Part shown: piece after piece, positions 1-10,086 of the stretch
How positions within the stretch are numbered: the stretch's first letter is position 1
Layout: each line of letters starts with the position of its first letter
Source of the DNA: an uncultured Alphaproteobacteria bacterium
Lineage (GTDB): Bacteria > Pseudomonadota > Alphaproteobacteria > Rs-D84 > CACZYB01
Direction of reading: 5' to 3'
Assembly (NCBI GenBank): GCA_934246625.1
Contig: CAKQHZ010000001.1
Location: 232,338 to 296,337, forward strand
DNA: 64,000 nt
Position numbers and translations under genes: made by a program
Notes under the pieces: model-generated
Told to the model about the DNA's origin: nothing
Databases searched by the model: none
The model's input: only the letters and a program-made list of their open reading frames with translations

Positions 1-917
1 TCAATGATTTAGCTAGCCCTGAATCTTCTCTTCACCTTTTAAAATATGATTCTGTTCATGGAAGACTTCCTGTTGAAGCTAAACTTGAAGGCGATATGCT
101 TATTGCTGGAACTCAAAAGGCAAAAATGTTTGCTATCCGTGATCCAAAAGAATATCCATGGAAAGATTTAGATATTGATATCGTTTTTGAATGCACAGGT
201 ATTTTCACTGAAAAAGAAAAAGCTCAAGTTCATTTAGATGCTGGTGCAAAACGTGTTCTCGTTTCTGCTCCTGCAAAAGGTGCTGATTTAACTGTTGTTT
301 ATGGTGTTAACCAAGACAAAATTACTTCTGATATGAGAGTTTTCTCAAATGCAAGTTGCACAACAAACTGCTTGGCTCCTGTTGTTGAAGTATTAAACAG
401 AAACTTTGGTATTTCTCATGGTTATATGACAACTATTCACTCATATACAGGTGATCAAGTAACTCTTGATAGAGATTTAAAAGGTAATCTTTACCGTTCA
501 CGTGCTGCTGCACAAAACATTATTCCTACAACAACTGGTGCTGCAAAAGCTATCGGTCTTGTTATCCCAGAATTGGCTGGAAAACTTGATGGTGCTTCTA
601 CTCGTGTTCCTACACCAGATGTTTCATTGGTTGATTTCAAATTTGTTGTTAAAAAAGATTCAGTTACAGCTGAAGAAATTAACAATGCTATTATCGAAGC
701 ATCAAAGTCAGACAGATATAATGGTATCCTTTGCGTAAATACTGACGCTTTGGTTTCATCTGACTTTATCCATAACCCTGCTTCTTCAACATTTGATTTG
801 AAAGAAACTAAAGTTATGGAAGGTAATTTCGTTCGTATCGTTTCATGGTATGATAACGAATGGGGTTTCTCTAATCGTATGCTTGATACAGCTGTTGCTA
901 TTGCAAAAACTATATAA
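1..917 (+). CDS. gap: Glyceraldehyde-3-phosphate dehydrogenase, 5'-truncated by window edge (in frame from pos 3)
   Basis: Translation carries HLLKYDSVHGR and SNASCTTNCLAP (catalytic Cys region), colinear with GAPDH residues about 40 to the end. The N-terminus lies outside the window. Confidence 0.9.
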   Translation, partial: NDLASPESSLHLLKYDSVHGRLPVEAKLEGDMLIAGTQKAKMFAIRDPKEYPWKDLDIDIVFECTGIFTEKEKAQVHLDAGAKRVLVSAPAKGADLTVVYGVNQDKITSDMRVFSNASCTTNCLAPVVEVLNRNFGISHGYMTTIHSYTGDQVTLDRDLKGNLYRSRAAAQNIIPTTTGAAKAIGLVIPELAGKLDGASTRVPTPDVSLVDFKFVVKKDSVTAEEINNAIIEASKSDRYNGILCVNTDALVSSDFIHNPASSTFDLKETKVMEGNFVRIVSWYDNEWGFSNRMLDTAVAIAKTI

Positions 918-937
918 TAACAACTGTATGAAAAATA

Positions 938-962
938 AAGCCCTCCGATTGGAGGGTTTTTT
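938..962 (+). terminator. Rho-independent terminator after gap
   Basis: The hairpin aagccctcc-gatt-ggagggttt is followed by a T-tract. Confidence 0.5.
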
Positions 963-970
963 ATTATCTT

Positions 971-1579
971 TTATTCTTCAGTATGAAAATACATCACGTT
1001 AGGCACAGTTGCGATATTGTTTGCGAAGAAAACACTTTTCATTAAAAATAATAAATCGTCAACGGAATTTTCTTTATTAAATTTGATTTTGTTTGTTGTT
1101 AAAAAATCTTTTTTGAAAAGATAGCGAAAAATAAATTCGTATTTGTTAAGTTCGGTGATATTAACCTTGTCCTTTATTCTATTATACAATGTGTTGGTTT
1201 TATAAATAATTTTTTCATTGCCGATATTGAACCCACTTATGGCAATGTCGCTGTTGTTTGGCAATACAGAATTTAACATTTTTTCATAATAATCAGGAGA
1301 AATATAATCGCAGGAAGAAATAAAATGAACATAGTCGCCAGTTGCAAGGTTTAAACCCAAATTATTAACATCAGATGAAGTCGTCGTAATGATTTTTATT
1401 CGATTATCCTTTTTTGCAAATTTATTGTAAATATCAGAAAAAATTGGTTTTGGGTGATTATCAATAATTAAAATTTCAAGATTTTTATACGTTTGATTTG
1501 TTATACTTTCCAAACATTTACTTATACACTTTTTTATGCTGTATATAGGAATTATAACAGAGATTAGTTTTTGGCTCAT
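971..1579 (-). CDS. Glycosyltransferase family 2 (short)
   Basis: LISVIIPIYS...ITNQTYKNLEILIIDN is a GT2 N-terminal signature. The likely start is the internal Met (MSQKLISVIIP) rather than the track start at 1618. Confidence 0.6.
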   Translation of the reverse strand: MSQKLISVIIPIYSIKKCISKCLESITNQTYKNLEILIIDNHPKPIFSDIYNKFAKKDNRIKIITTTSSDVNNLGLNLATGDYVHFISSCDYISPDYYEKMLNSVLPNNSDIAISGFNIGNEKIIYKTNTLYNRIKDKVNITELNKYEFIFRYLFKKDFLTTNKIKFNKENSVDDLLFLMKSVFFANNIATVPNVMYFHTEE

Positions 1580-1727
1580 TTGAGTTCCTTTTATTGTATT
1601 TATATAAAAGCAGAACATCGGAGAATTATTATTTAGTATAATCCGTTTTTATAATATATGCCATAAGAAAAAATACTTTTATTTAATGACTTACATATAT
1701 TAGGCAATATATATAGCTTATAAAAAA

Positions 1728-1758
1728 ACTCCCTTCGGAAAAAGAAAGGAGTTTTTAT
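1728..1758 (-). terminator. Hairpin plus U-tract downstream of recA (minus strand)
   Basis: AAAACTCC ... GGAGTTTT forms an 8-bp stem with a long loop, flanked by A/T runs. It sits between the recA stop and the GT2 gene. Confidence 0.35.
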
Positions 1759-1774
1759 TTTTATAAAGATTATT

Positions 1775-2833
1775 TTATTCTTCTACTGGAGCAGGAGTAT
1801 CATCATCAGATTCAATAGAAGATGAGGCTTCTAGCATTTTTTCGTTAATAACGCCAGATTTTTCCATAATCTTTTTAATAAGTTCTTGGGCAATTTTTGG
1901 ATTATCCTTTAACCATTGACGAGCATTTTCCTTTCCTTGACCAATGCGTTCAGAATTATAGGAAAACCATGAACCAGATTTTTCAATAATACCAGCCTTT
2001 ACACCAAGTTCAATAATTTCGCCTTCACGAGAAATTCCTTGATTATACATAATATCAAAATCAACTGTTTTAAATGGTGGAGCAACCTTGTTTTTAACAA
2101 TTTTCACACGTGTTTCATTTCCAATAACATTTTCCTTATCCTTAATTGAACCAACACGGCGGATATCCATACGAACAGATGAATAGAACTTTAGTGCATT
2201 TCCACCAGTTGTTGTTTCAGGATTTCCGAACATCACTCCAATTTTCATACGGATTTGGTTAATAAATACAACCAAAGCATTTGATTTTGCAACTGATGCA
2301 GTTAATTTTCTTAAGGCTTGAGACATAAGACGTGCTTGAAGTCCCATATGACTGTCGCCCATTTCTCCTTCAAGTTCAGCCTTTGGCACAAGGGCAGCAA
2401 CAGAATCGACAATCAAAACATCAATCGCACCAGAACGAACAAGTGTATCTGCAATTTCCAATGCTTGTTCACCAGAATCAGGTTGTGAAATTATAAGATT
2501 ATCAATATCCACACCTATTTTTTTTGCATAAGCAGGATCAAGAGCATGCTCTGCATCAACGAAAGCACATGTGCCACCAGCCTTTTGAGCCTCTGCAACT
2601 ATATGTAAAGTAAGTGTTGTTTTACCAGAGCTTTCAGGTCCATAAATTTCAACAATACGTCCCTTTGGAAGACCACCAATACCAAGCGCAATATCAAGTC
2701 CAAGTGAACCAGTTGAAATTGATGGAATTTTTAATCCAGCTTGTTCACCAAGTTTCATAATACTTCCCTTACCAAAAGATTTTTCAATTTGTGAAAGTGC
2801 AGCTTCTAATGCTTTTTGTTTGTTTTCTGACAT
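1775..2833 (-). CDS. recA: Recombinase RecA
   Basis: Walker [11 protein letters not shown], full-length colinearity with RecA, and a C-terminal acidic tail. Confidence 0.95.
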   Translation of the reverse strand: MSENKQKALEAALSQIEKSFGKGSIMKLGEQAGLKIPSISTGSLGLDIALGIGGLPKGRIVEIYGPESSGKTTLTLHIVAEAQKAGGTCAFVDAEHALDPAYAKKIGVDIDNLIISQPDSGEQALEIADTLVRSGAIDVLIVDSVAALVPKAELEGEMGDSHMGLQARLMSQALRKLTASVAKSNALVVFINQIRMKIGVMFGNPETTTGGNALKFYSSVRMDIRRVGSIKDKENVIGNETRVKIVKNKVAPPFKTVDFDIMYNQGISREGEIIELGVKAGIIEKSGSWFSYNSERIGQGKENARQWLKDNPKIAQELIKKIMEKSGVINEKMLEASSSIESDDDTPAPVEE

Positions 2834-2853
2834 CTTCTTTTCCTCTTTTAATT

Positions 2854-2868
2854 GTTCTTATTATGTTC
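2854..2868. promoter_or_regulatory. Candidate alphaproteobacterial-type SOS (LexA) box GTTC-N7-GTTC in the recA promoter
   Basis: Exact GTTC ttattat GTTC direct repeat lies 20-35 bp upstream of the recA start codon. Confidence 0.5.
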
Positions 2869-2908
2869 TAACACAGATTCGTTTTTATTGCAAGAAAATT
2901 TTCCTATC

Positions 2909-3547
2909 TTAATAACTTCTTATTAACATAGCCAACTGACCTTGAATTTTAACACGTTCAGGTGCAAAAATTCGTGTTTGATAGTTTGGATTTGCTGGCT
3001 TTAATGCAATAGAACCATCCTTTCTGTAAAGATATTTAAGGGTAACTTCCTCATTATCAATAAGTGCAACAACAATAGTGCCATTTTCAGCAGTTGGAGT
3101 TTCCTTTATAATAACTCTATCACCACTGTGAATACCAGCTTCTATCATAGAATCCCCCTCAACACGCAAAGCGTAAAATTTACCAATTCCCAACATATCA
3201 GATGGTATCTCCATTGTTTCAGTTGTATCCGCAATCGCAGCAATAGGTGTTCCAGCAGCAATTTTTCCATATAATGGAATTGTGGTCATTTTCACATTAT
3301 CATTTACAGGTGTTATATTAGGAGGATTAAAGTTTTCTGGATATTTGATAATTTCCAATGCCCTAGCCTTGTTCGGAATTTGTTTTATAAATCCACGTTC
3401 CTCCAAACTTTTAATAAGTCTATGAATACCAGATTTTGACTTTAATCCAATCAAATTTTTCATTTCCTCAAAAGAAGGGCAAATACCATCTTTTTTTAAA
3501 CTTTCATCAATAATCATAAAAAGTTTAAGTTGCTGTTTTGTTAGCAT
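2909..3547 (-). CDS. lexA: LexA repressor
   Basis: N-terminal winged HTH, and a C-terminal S24 peptidase with Ser in GDSM and a downstream Lys (RVIIKET). Confidence 0.9.
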   Translation of the reverse strand: MLTKQQLKLFMIIDESLKKDGICPSFEEMKNLIGLKSKSGIHRLIKSLEERGFIKQIPNKARALEIIKYPENFNPPNITPVNDNVKMTTIPLYGKIAAGTPIAAIADTTETMEIPSDMLGIGKFYALRVEGDSMIEAGIHSGDRVIIKETPTAENGTIVVALIDNEEVTLKYLYRKDGSIALKPANPNYQTRIFAPERVKIQGQLAMLIRSY

Positions 3548-3651
3548 ATTTATCTCCTTAATCTTATTTCAAAACTTACTTATATTCTATATTTGTTCTA
3601 CTTATTTGTCAACTATTAAAATCTATAATTGTATTTTTTATAAAAAATATT

Positions 3652-4047
3652 CTATTTTGAATTTTTTCTCGAATTTTTAGAGAATTTTTGATTTTTGATT
3701 ATATTAAAAAGACGTTCACGATTTTTTTCAGACATACTTTGGACCATTTTGAAACAGTCGATGTAATTATTAAGAACTTTTAAACTTTCAACTATATTTT
3801 TATTTTCTATACCTGTAAGTAAATACATTTTATTAAGTTTTAATAAATCTGCAATTTCTGATAATAAATCAATAGAAATTTTTTGTTTACCCTTTTCAAT
3901 ATTTTCCAAAGCACTTGCAGAAATATTAAGTTGTTTTGCAAAATCACCAAAATCAATATGCAATGCAACTCGTCTTTTGTTTATTCTATTTCCGATTATT
4001 TCATATAAAGATTCATCAGAAATGTTTTTTTTGTTTGTATTTTTCAT
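3652..4047 (-). CDS. XRE-family HTH transcriptional regulator
   Basis: Cro/C1-type HTH (FAKQLNISASALENIEKGKQKISIDLLSEIADLL). Confidence 0.6.
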   Translation of the reverse strand: MKNTNKKNISDESLYEIIGNRINKRRVALHIDFGDFAKQLNISASALENIEKGKQKISIDLLSEIADLLKLNKMYLLTGIENKNIVESLKVLNNYIDCFKMVQSMSEKNRERLFNIIKNQKFSKNSRKNSK

Positions 4048-4199
4048 TTTATCTCCTAAAATAAATAATGCTTATGTATTATAAATATGATATAATATTT
4101 TATGTAAAAAATTATATATTTGTATTATATACATATATTTTTATGTTTGTAAAGTATAAAATACATAATTTTATATGCTTTAAACTTGTTAGGAAAGAA

Positions 4200-4652
4200 A
4201 TGGAAGAAAAATTAAAAAAAATTCGTTTAACATTAAAAAAGACTCAAAAGGAAATGTCTTCTCTTTTAGGACTTGGTGAAATAACATGGCAAAATTACGA
4301 ACGTGGTATTAGTAAGCCTAAACTTGAAACATTAGAAAAATTAGGAAAACTTGGGTTCAATATAAATTGGATTACCTCCATTGATGATGATTCAAATGGT
4401 GAAGTTGAGGAAAGTTTAATTAACAGACTTGCCAATACATCTGTAAATAAAACAAATGTATTTAATACTTTGTTAAATGAATTAAGAGTATTATATGAAA
4501 ATGAAAGTTTAGAAGATAAACCTCAAAATTATTTAGAAGACAAGGCTTTTGAAATGGCTATCAATGTTTCATCTATGGCTCAAAATGACAACGATGCTGT
4601 AAAAATGATTCAACTTTTGATAAACCAAGAAAAGGAAAGTTTAGATAAATAA
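4200..4652 (+). CDS. XRE-family HTH transcriptional regulator (divergent from the previous gene)
   Basis: HTH TQKEMSSLLGLGEITWQNYERG. The start is placed at the ATG at 4200, which has an AGGAAAG RBS. The track ORF start at 4068 is an AT-rich spurious extension. Confidence 0.55.
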   Translation: MEEKLKKIRLTLKKTQKEMSSLLGLGEITWQNYERGISKPKLETLEKLGKLGFNINWITSIDDDSNGEVEESLINRLANTSVNKTNVFNTLLNELRVLYENESLEDKPQNYLEDKAFEMAINVSSMAQNDNDAVKMIQLLINQEKESLDK

Positions 4653-4723
4653 TCATAGGTTTTAACAACTATTGACTTTTATATAAAAGCATAATAAATT
4701 TAAAAAAAATTAAGGAGTAATAA

Positions 4724-5665
4724 ATGTTATATTTAATGTTTGTTTTGGGGTTGATTTTGCTTGCTGTGGGCGGTGATGTTATGGTTTCAAGCTCTGTAGA
4801 AGTAGCAAAAAAATTAAAAGTTTCAACTTTGTTGATTGGTATAGTCCTTATTGGATTTGGAACTTCTACCCCTGAATTAGTGGCAAGTATTATCGCAACT
4901 TTTCAAGAAGTGCCTGCTACTGGTATTGCTGTTGGTAATATTGTTGGAAGTAATATTGCAAATATTTTGCTTATTCTTGGAGTTACATCACTTATATATC
5001 CAATAAAAATTGATAAAAAATCTTTCCTTAAAAGAGATATGTGGTTTTTGATTTTTGCAACTGCTATGGTTCTTTTGATGGCTTTGCTTAAAAAAGTTGG
5101 ATTTGTAATTGGTGGAGTTATGATTTTATCTTTGCTTTTTTATGTATATTATAGTTATATCACAGAAAAAAAGTTTAAAAAGGAAACAAAGGAAATTGCC
5201 AATGAAATTGATGTAAAACATACAAAATCTTTGCCTGTTTCTTTGATTATGGCAGTTATTGGAATTGCGATGACAATTTATGGGGCAAATTTATTGGTAA
5301 ATAGCGCTATTGTTATTGCTAAAAACTTTGGTATTTCAGAAAGTATTATTGGACTTACAATAGTTGCTGTGGGAACATCTCTTCCTGAACTTGCATCTTC
5401 TATTACTGCATCTTTGAAAAAACATAATGACCTTGCATTTGGAAATATTGTTGGAAGCAATATTTATAATGTCTTATTTATCTTGGGTATTGTTGCATTA
5501 TTGCAACCTATTATGTTCCCTGTTGATATGGTAAAAGATGTTTATATCTTAATTGCAACTACAACTCTTTTAATTGCAAATGCTTTTATGGGAGGTATAA
5601 GTAGAAAATTTGGTGTTATCTATTTAATTGCGTATGCGTTTTATGTAGCACATCTTATTGGTTAA
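4724..5665 (+). CDS. Ca2+/Na+ antiporter, CaCA family (YrbG-like)
   Basis: Two alpha-repeat motifs (GTSTPELVASI and GTSLPELASSI) within 10 predicted TM helices. AAGGAG RBS lies 6 nt upstream. Confidence 0.8.
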   Translation: MLYLMFVLGLILLAVGGDVMVSSSVEVAKKLKVSTLLIGIVLIGFGTSTPELVASIIATFQEVPATGIAVGNIVGSNIANILLILGVTSLIYPIKIDKKSFLKRDMWFLIFATAMVLLMALLKKVGFVIGGVMILSLLFYVYYSYITEKKFKKETKEIANEIDVKHTKSLPVSLIMAVIGIAMTIYGANLLVNSAIVIAKNFGISESIIGLTIVAVGTSLPELASSITASLKKHNDLAFGNIVGSNIYNVLFILGIVALLQPIMFPVDMVKDVYILIATTTLLIANAFMGGISRKFGVIYLIAYAFYVAHLIG

Positions 5666-5686
5666 TCGTAAATAAAAGGTTTTTAA

Positions 5687-6292
5687 ATGTTGGAAAATAT
5701 TAAAAAGTTTATAAGAAAGCTATATAAATATATCTTGAAAACTTTTAAGGATAAAAAAAATAAATCACCTGCTTATATGGGAAGAACTTTTTGTGTGGGA
5801 TTTATCGCTGGAATCAATCCTTTTTGGGGACAATCTCTTATTTGCTTTATCCTTTGGAGTATTATTGATAGAGTATTTAAGTTAAGATTTAATCTTATTA
5901 TTGCATGTCTTTTGACATTTATAAGTAATCCTCTTACAACACCTATTATGTTTTATATTTTTTATATTACTGGTCAACTTATGTTAGGTGAAGCATCTAT
6001 TCCATTTGCAACTTTCGTAAATGAAATAAAGGCTTTGCTTATCGAAGATTTTTCTGCAGACCATCTTATTGAAACATTAACTTTATTATTAAAAGGTATT
6101 GGAAAACCTATTTTAATTGGAAATATTCCTTGGACTGTGATTGTTGGAATATTCGGCTATTATCTTGGATACCGTATTTCAATAAGACTTAGAAAACAAA
6201 GAAATAAAAAGAAAAAGCATAGAATAAAACTTATGATTGATTTCTTTCACAAACAAAAACAAAACAAAGTTGCAGTCGAAAAAAAGAAATAA
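5687..6292 (+). CDS. DUF2062-family membrane protein
   Basis: GRTFCVGFIAGINPFWGQSL ... SNPLTTPIMFYIFY pattern with a basic C-terminal tail. Confidence 0.45.
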   Translation: MLENIKKFIRKLYKYILKTFKDKKNKSPAYMGRTFCVGFIAGINPFWGQSLICFILWSIIDRVFKLRFNLIIACLLTFISNPLTTPIMFYIFYITGQLMLGEASIPFATFVNEIKALLIEDFSADHLIETLTLLLKGIGKPILIGNIPWTVIVGIFGYYLGYRISIRLRKQRNKKKKHRIKLMIDFFHKQKQNKVAVEKKK

Positions 6293-6293
6293 A

Positions 6294-8123
6294 TTATATT
6301 AAATTATCAGCAAGTTGTATCCAGTGTTCTTCAATACTGGATATTTCTTTTTGGATTAAACTTAATTCCTTTGAAAGTGCAGTGATTTCATTTGAGGAAA
6401 TTGGAGTTGAAAGCTCCTCGACTATTTCATCCTTTCGAGAATTTAACTCTTCTAATTTATGTTCAAGTTTTTGAAGATTTGCACGAATTTGTCGGATTTC
6501 TTTTTGATTTTGTTGTTTGACTTGAACAACGGGATTTTCCTGTTTTTTCTCAACCAAAACTTCCTTTGGCTTTGAAAGAAGGAAGTTTTTATAATCATTA
6601 AGTGAACCATCAAACATTTGACAAGTATGATTATCAACAAGATATAAATCATCAACTACCATATTTAGAAAATTAAAATCGTGGGTGATAAGCATAACTG
6701 CACCGTTATAATTATTTAATGCTTCAATCAATGCTTCGCGAGCAGAAATATCCAAATGATTTGTTGGTTCATCAAGTATTAAAAGTGATGGAGAATCGAT
6801 TGAAAGTTTTGCAAATACAACACGGCTTTTTTCACCACCAGATAATTGTTTGATTGGTGTAATACTTATATCACCTGTAATTCCAAAATTACCAAGATGC
6901 GAACGAATTTGTGTTTCATTCAAATCAGGTAAAAGTGTTGAAAAGTATTCAAGTGGAGTTTGGTCAAGTGGTAATTCTTCGGATTGGTGTTGGGTAAAAT
7001 ATCCAATTTTTAATTTTGGATTTTTAAATATACTTCCAGACATAAGTTTTAAATCACCATAAATAAGTTTTGCCAATGTTGATTTTCCATTACCATTTTT
7101 ACCAAGGATACCTATTCTGTCGCCCTGTGAAATATTCAAATTTAATTTTGTTAGGACTGGAGTATCAGTATATCCAACCGAACCATTTTCAATTTTTATA
7201 ATTGGTGATGGAATAACAGGAGCTTCCTTAAATTCGAAATGTGAAGATTTATCAAGAGCGGTTATAGTAATATCTTCCATTTTGTTTATCATTTTTAAAC
7301 GGCTTTGAGCTTGCTTTGCCTTGGTGGCCTTATACCTAAATCTATCAACAAAAGATTGAAGATGTGCTTTTTGCTCTGCTTGCCTTTTTGCAAGTTTTTC
7401 TTCGTTTTCGTGTTTTAGTAGATAATTTTTATAAAATCTGTCGTAATTGCCAGAATAAAAAAACAATTTTTTATTTTCAAAATGGATTATATTTTCACAA
7501 ATGTCATTAAGGATATTCTTATCATGACTTATAATTAACAAAGTCCCCTTATATTTTTTCAAATAATTTTCAAGCCAAATTGAGGCCTCTAAATCCAAAT
7601 GGTTTGTAGGTTCATCAAGAAGTAATATTGTTGAATATTTAAACAATGCACCAGCAAGAGCAAGTCGCATTCTCCAACCACCAGAAAAGTCAGATACTGG
7701 ACGATTAAAATCTTCGTTTTTAAAACCTAATCCATTAAGTATGGTTGAAATTTTTGCCTCGGCTTTATCACTATCTAAGACACGAAGTTCTTCATAAATT
7801 TCAGGCAATTCTTCGGGTGTTGCTGTTTCCAATTTTTTACGGGTGTTGATAAGCTCCTTATCCTTACTTAACACAAAATCAATAATTGAAAGGTTGATGT
7901 CGTAAAATTCCTGTTCCACAAATGAAATTTTTTGATTATTCGAAAATATAACCTTGCCATCAGTTGGTTCCAATTCCTTTTTAAGTATTTTAAAAAGTGT
8001 TGATTTTCCACAACCATTTAAACCAACAATACCGATTTTTTGATTATCAAAAATTTGGACTGAGGCATTTTCAAGCAAAGTCCTTGATTGCATATAAACT
8101 GTTATATTTTCTATATTTATCAT
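6294..8123 (-). CDS. ABC-F family ATPase (translation-associated; two ABC domains plus C-terminal coiled coil)
   Basis: Two Walker A motifs (GLNGCGKST, GKNGNGKST), two LSGG signatures, and an inter-domain linker. Confidence 0.85.
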   Translation of the reverse strand: MINIENITVYMQSRTLLENASVQIFDNQKIGIVGLNGCGKSTLFKILKKELEPTDGKVIFSNNQKISFVEQEFYDINLSIIDFVLSKDKELINTRKKLETATPEELPEIYEELRVLDSDKAEAKISTILNGLGFKNEDFNRPVSDFSGGWRMRLALAGALFKYSTILLLDEPTNHLDLEASIWLENYLKKYKGTLLIISHDKNILNDICENIIHFENKKLFFYSGNYDRFYKNYLLKHENEEKLAKRQAEQKAHLQSFVDRFRYKATKAKQAQSRLKMINKMEDITITALDKSSHFEFKEAPVIPSPIIKIENGSVGYTDTPVLTKLNLNISQGDRIGILGKNGNGKSTLAKLIYGDLKLMSGSIFKNPKLKIGYFTQHQSEELPLDQTPLEYFSTLLPDLNETQIRSHLGNFGITGDISITPIKQLSGGEKSRVVFAKLSIDSPSLLILDEPTNHLDISAREALIEALNNYNGAVMLITHDFNFLNMVVDDLYLVDNHTCQMFDGSLNDYKNFLLSKPKEVLVEKKQENPVVQVKQQNQKEIRQIRANLQKLEHKLEELNSRKDEIVEELSTPISSNEITALSKELSLIQKEISSIEEHWIQLADNLI

Positions 8124-8411
8124 AATAGGCTTTATGCTATCAAATAGGATTTTTTATTTCAAGCAATATTATAAAAAGTTTTTCTCTTTTACAAGAAAAA
8201 ATCAATGATATTTTATATTTGGCTACACGACAAAGACTTAATGTATTTGATATTGGTGATAAAACGCATATGCAAAATATTTCAAAGGTCAAAGTTATTT
8301 AAATGTTGCAAATGTTAGCTTTGAACCAAAGTCCAGAAATAATTGGCATATCCATCACAAGGGTGGACAAATCTTGCTTATTACTGGTAGAAATGGATAT
8401 TACCAAGAATG

Positions 8412-8585
8412 GGGAAAGCCTGCTGTAAAATTAAAAAAGGGAGTTACCTCCCTTGCGTATAATTAACAATATATATGGGGTGTGGGAAAGTAACACTTAA
8501 AAAAGGGAGTTACCTCCCTGTATTCACAGGCACCCTTTCAACAATAGGAGGGAAAGTAACACTTAAAAAAGGGAGTTACCTCCCT
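8412..8585. CRISPR. Orphan CRISPR-like mini-array: three 36-bp repeats (the first degenerate) separated by two unique 30-bp spacers
   Basis: GGGAAAGTAACACTTAAAAAAGGGAGTTACCTCCCT is exact at 8484-8519 and 8550-8585. A degenerate copy lies at 8412-8453. Spacers are 8454-8483 and 8520-8549. The repeat contains the hairpin AGGGAG-TTAC-CTCCCT. No cas genes are in the window. Confidence 0.4.
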
Positions 8586-8683
8586 ATTAGAAGAAAAATA
8601 TCCCTAATAATGTGTATTTCCACATAAATCATATTAAAAATTTTAAGAATTTCTAATACTTACTTTTCATTATATTGCCGTTT

Positions 8684-9610
8684 TTATTTTTTACAATAAT
8701 TTTCTTTTTTTGCATCTTCTGTAATTTCTTTTAATTTTATTTTCAAATCTTTATACATTTTAAAAACTATAACTTTAGTTTTTTTTAAATTTTTGTTTGG
8801 ATTTTCATTAATATCTAAAATTATACTTTTAATTTTTTCTTTAAATCGTTTATGAACTGACAAAGATTTATCATTTGAAATTTTTATCGTTAAAATTTCT
8901 TTTTTAACTTTATCTTGTTTTTTATGTTTTTCAAATTCTGTTAAAAGTATTATATTATCTTTCTTTAAAAATAATGACATTAATGCTTTTAATAAATTTA
9001 TTTTTAATTCTTTTGCGTTTTCAAAATTATTATCAAAAAAATCTAAAATTAACAGCAAATTGCTTCTAAATGTATCAAAAAATGACTTCGTAGCATCACT
9101 TTCGTTATAAAAAAATATTTTACCATGACTAATTTGATTTCTGATTTTTGTAATTTTTTCAGGAATAGATCTACACTTTATGTTTTCATAATTATAAACA
9201 AAATGTTTTTGTAGTATTTCACTTATTTTTATAAATAACATAAAAATTTTTTCTTTTTCTTCTAGATAAAATAATTTACGATATTGTGAATATTTTTTCT
9301 TTCCTAATAATGTTTTTAATATACTATCAATTTTATTTAAATTATATGAATTTATAAAATTTTGGCGTTCCAAACAATTAGATATTTTAATAGATTGTAA
9401 ACTTTTTAAAAGCATACGATTGTCTTTTATTAAATCAATTTCTTTTTTATTATAATGATTTTCAAAAATAGTTTTTACATTTTTACTTTTTGTAGATAAA
9501 ACAGATTTGAATAAATCTTCAATATTATAATCAAATTTTCCGTTATTTTTTTCACGTTCAAACAATAATTTAATATCATTAATATAAACATTAGGAAGAA
9601 ATAAAAACAA
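8684..9610 (-). CDS. Hypothetical protein with HEPN-like Rx4HG motif (Abi_2/AbiD-AbiF-like candidate)
   Basis: KIRNQISHG lies mid-protein in an otherwise low-complexity K/N-rich helical protein. Assignment rests on the motif only. Confidence 0.3.
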   Translation of the reverse strand: MFLFLPNVYINDIKLLFEREKNNGKFDYNIEDLFKSVLSTKSKNVKTIFENHYNKKEIDLIKDNRMLLKSLQSIKISNCLERQNFINSYNLNKIDSILKTLLGKKKYSQYRKLFYLEEKEKIFMLFIKISEILQKHFVYNYENIKCRSIPEKITKIRNQISHGKIFFYNESDATKSFFDTFRSNLLLILDFFDNNFENAKELKINLLKALMSLFLKKDNIILLTEFEKHKKQDKVKKEILTIKISNDKSLSVHKRFKEKIKSIILDINENPNKNLKKTKVIVFKMYKDLKIKLKEITEDAKKENYCKK

Positions 9611-9753
9611 ATTTTTTAAAGATTCTTCAACATTTAGTTCCTTCTCAATTCCAGAAACTGTAATAGTTTCCTCTTTCGGTAAATTATTATGTTCAAAATA
9701 ATGTCTTAATAAAGAAATTGATGCAATTTTATTTTTGAAATCTTTAAAATCTT

Positions 9754-10086
9754 TTATATAAATAAGTTTCTTTTTAAATATAAAATAAAAGTATTTTTTA
9801 ATTTCTGACTCTGTTTTGATAAAAATTCTTCTCTAAATACATCTGTCCCAAAAATATCAAAAGGATAACTTGGCAAGTTATTTGAGTTATTTTTTTCTTT
9901 TTTATACCATTTTACAACTTGTTCAAAAGAATTTCTTGCTTCGTTATCAAGCATTTCATACTTATATTCATAATCTTTTGTTGCATCAAAAAAACTATGC
10001 AAAATTGCATTATCTAAAATATAAATATAAGATAATATTTTACTTCTTACTGATTTATTTGAAAAAATCTCCATAATAATTTCCAT
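9754..10086 (-). CDS. Hypothetical protein (possibly the 5' part of a frameshifted gene continuing into 8684-9610)
   Basis: ORF only. It is in a different frame from the downstream ORF and separated by 143 bp with no intervening start. Confidence 0.25.
   Translation of the reverse strand: MEIIMEIFSNKSVRSKILSYIYILDNAILHSFFDATKDYEYKYEMLDNEARNSFEQVVKWYKKEKNNSNNLPSYPFDIFGTDVFREEFLSKQSQKLKNTFILYLKRNLFI

Noticed and set aside
491-738. ORFs 491..685 (-) and 502..738 (+) inside gap
   Set aside because: They are fully embedded in the strongly supported GAPDH reading frame and have no motifs. They are frame-shadow ORFs.
3595-3610. Possible LexA box upstream of lexA
   Set aside because: Only one GTTC half-site is present. 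The second half reads TTGT or TGTC with either 7- or 8-nt spacing.
4068-4199. N-terminal 44 codons of the 4068..4652 ORF
   Set aside because: The extension is AT-rich and low-complexity, with no RBS. The HTH protein has a proper RBS and ATG at 4200.
5278-5460. 60-aa minus-strand ORF inside the CaCA exchanger gene
   Set aside because: It is an antisense shadow ORF within a well-supported membrane transporter gene.
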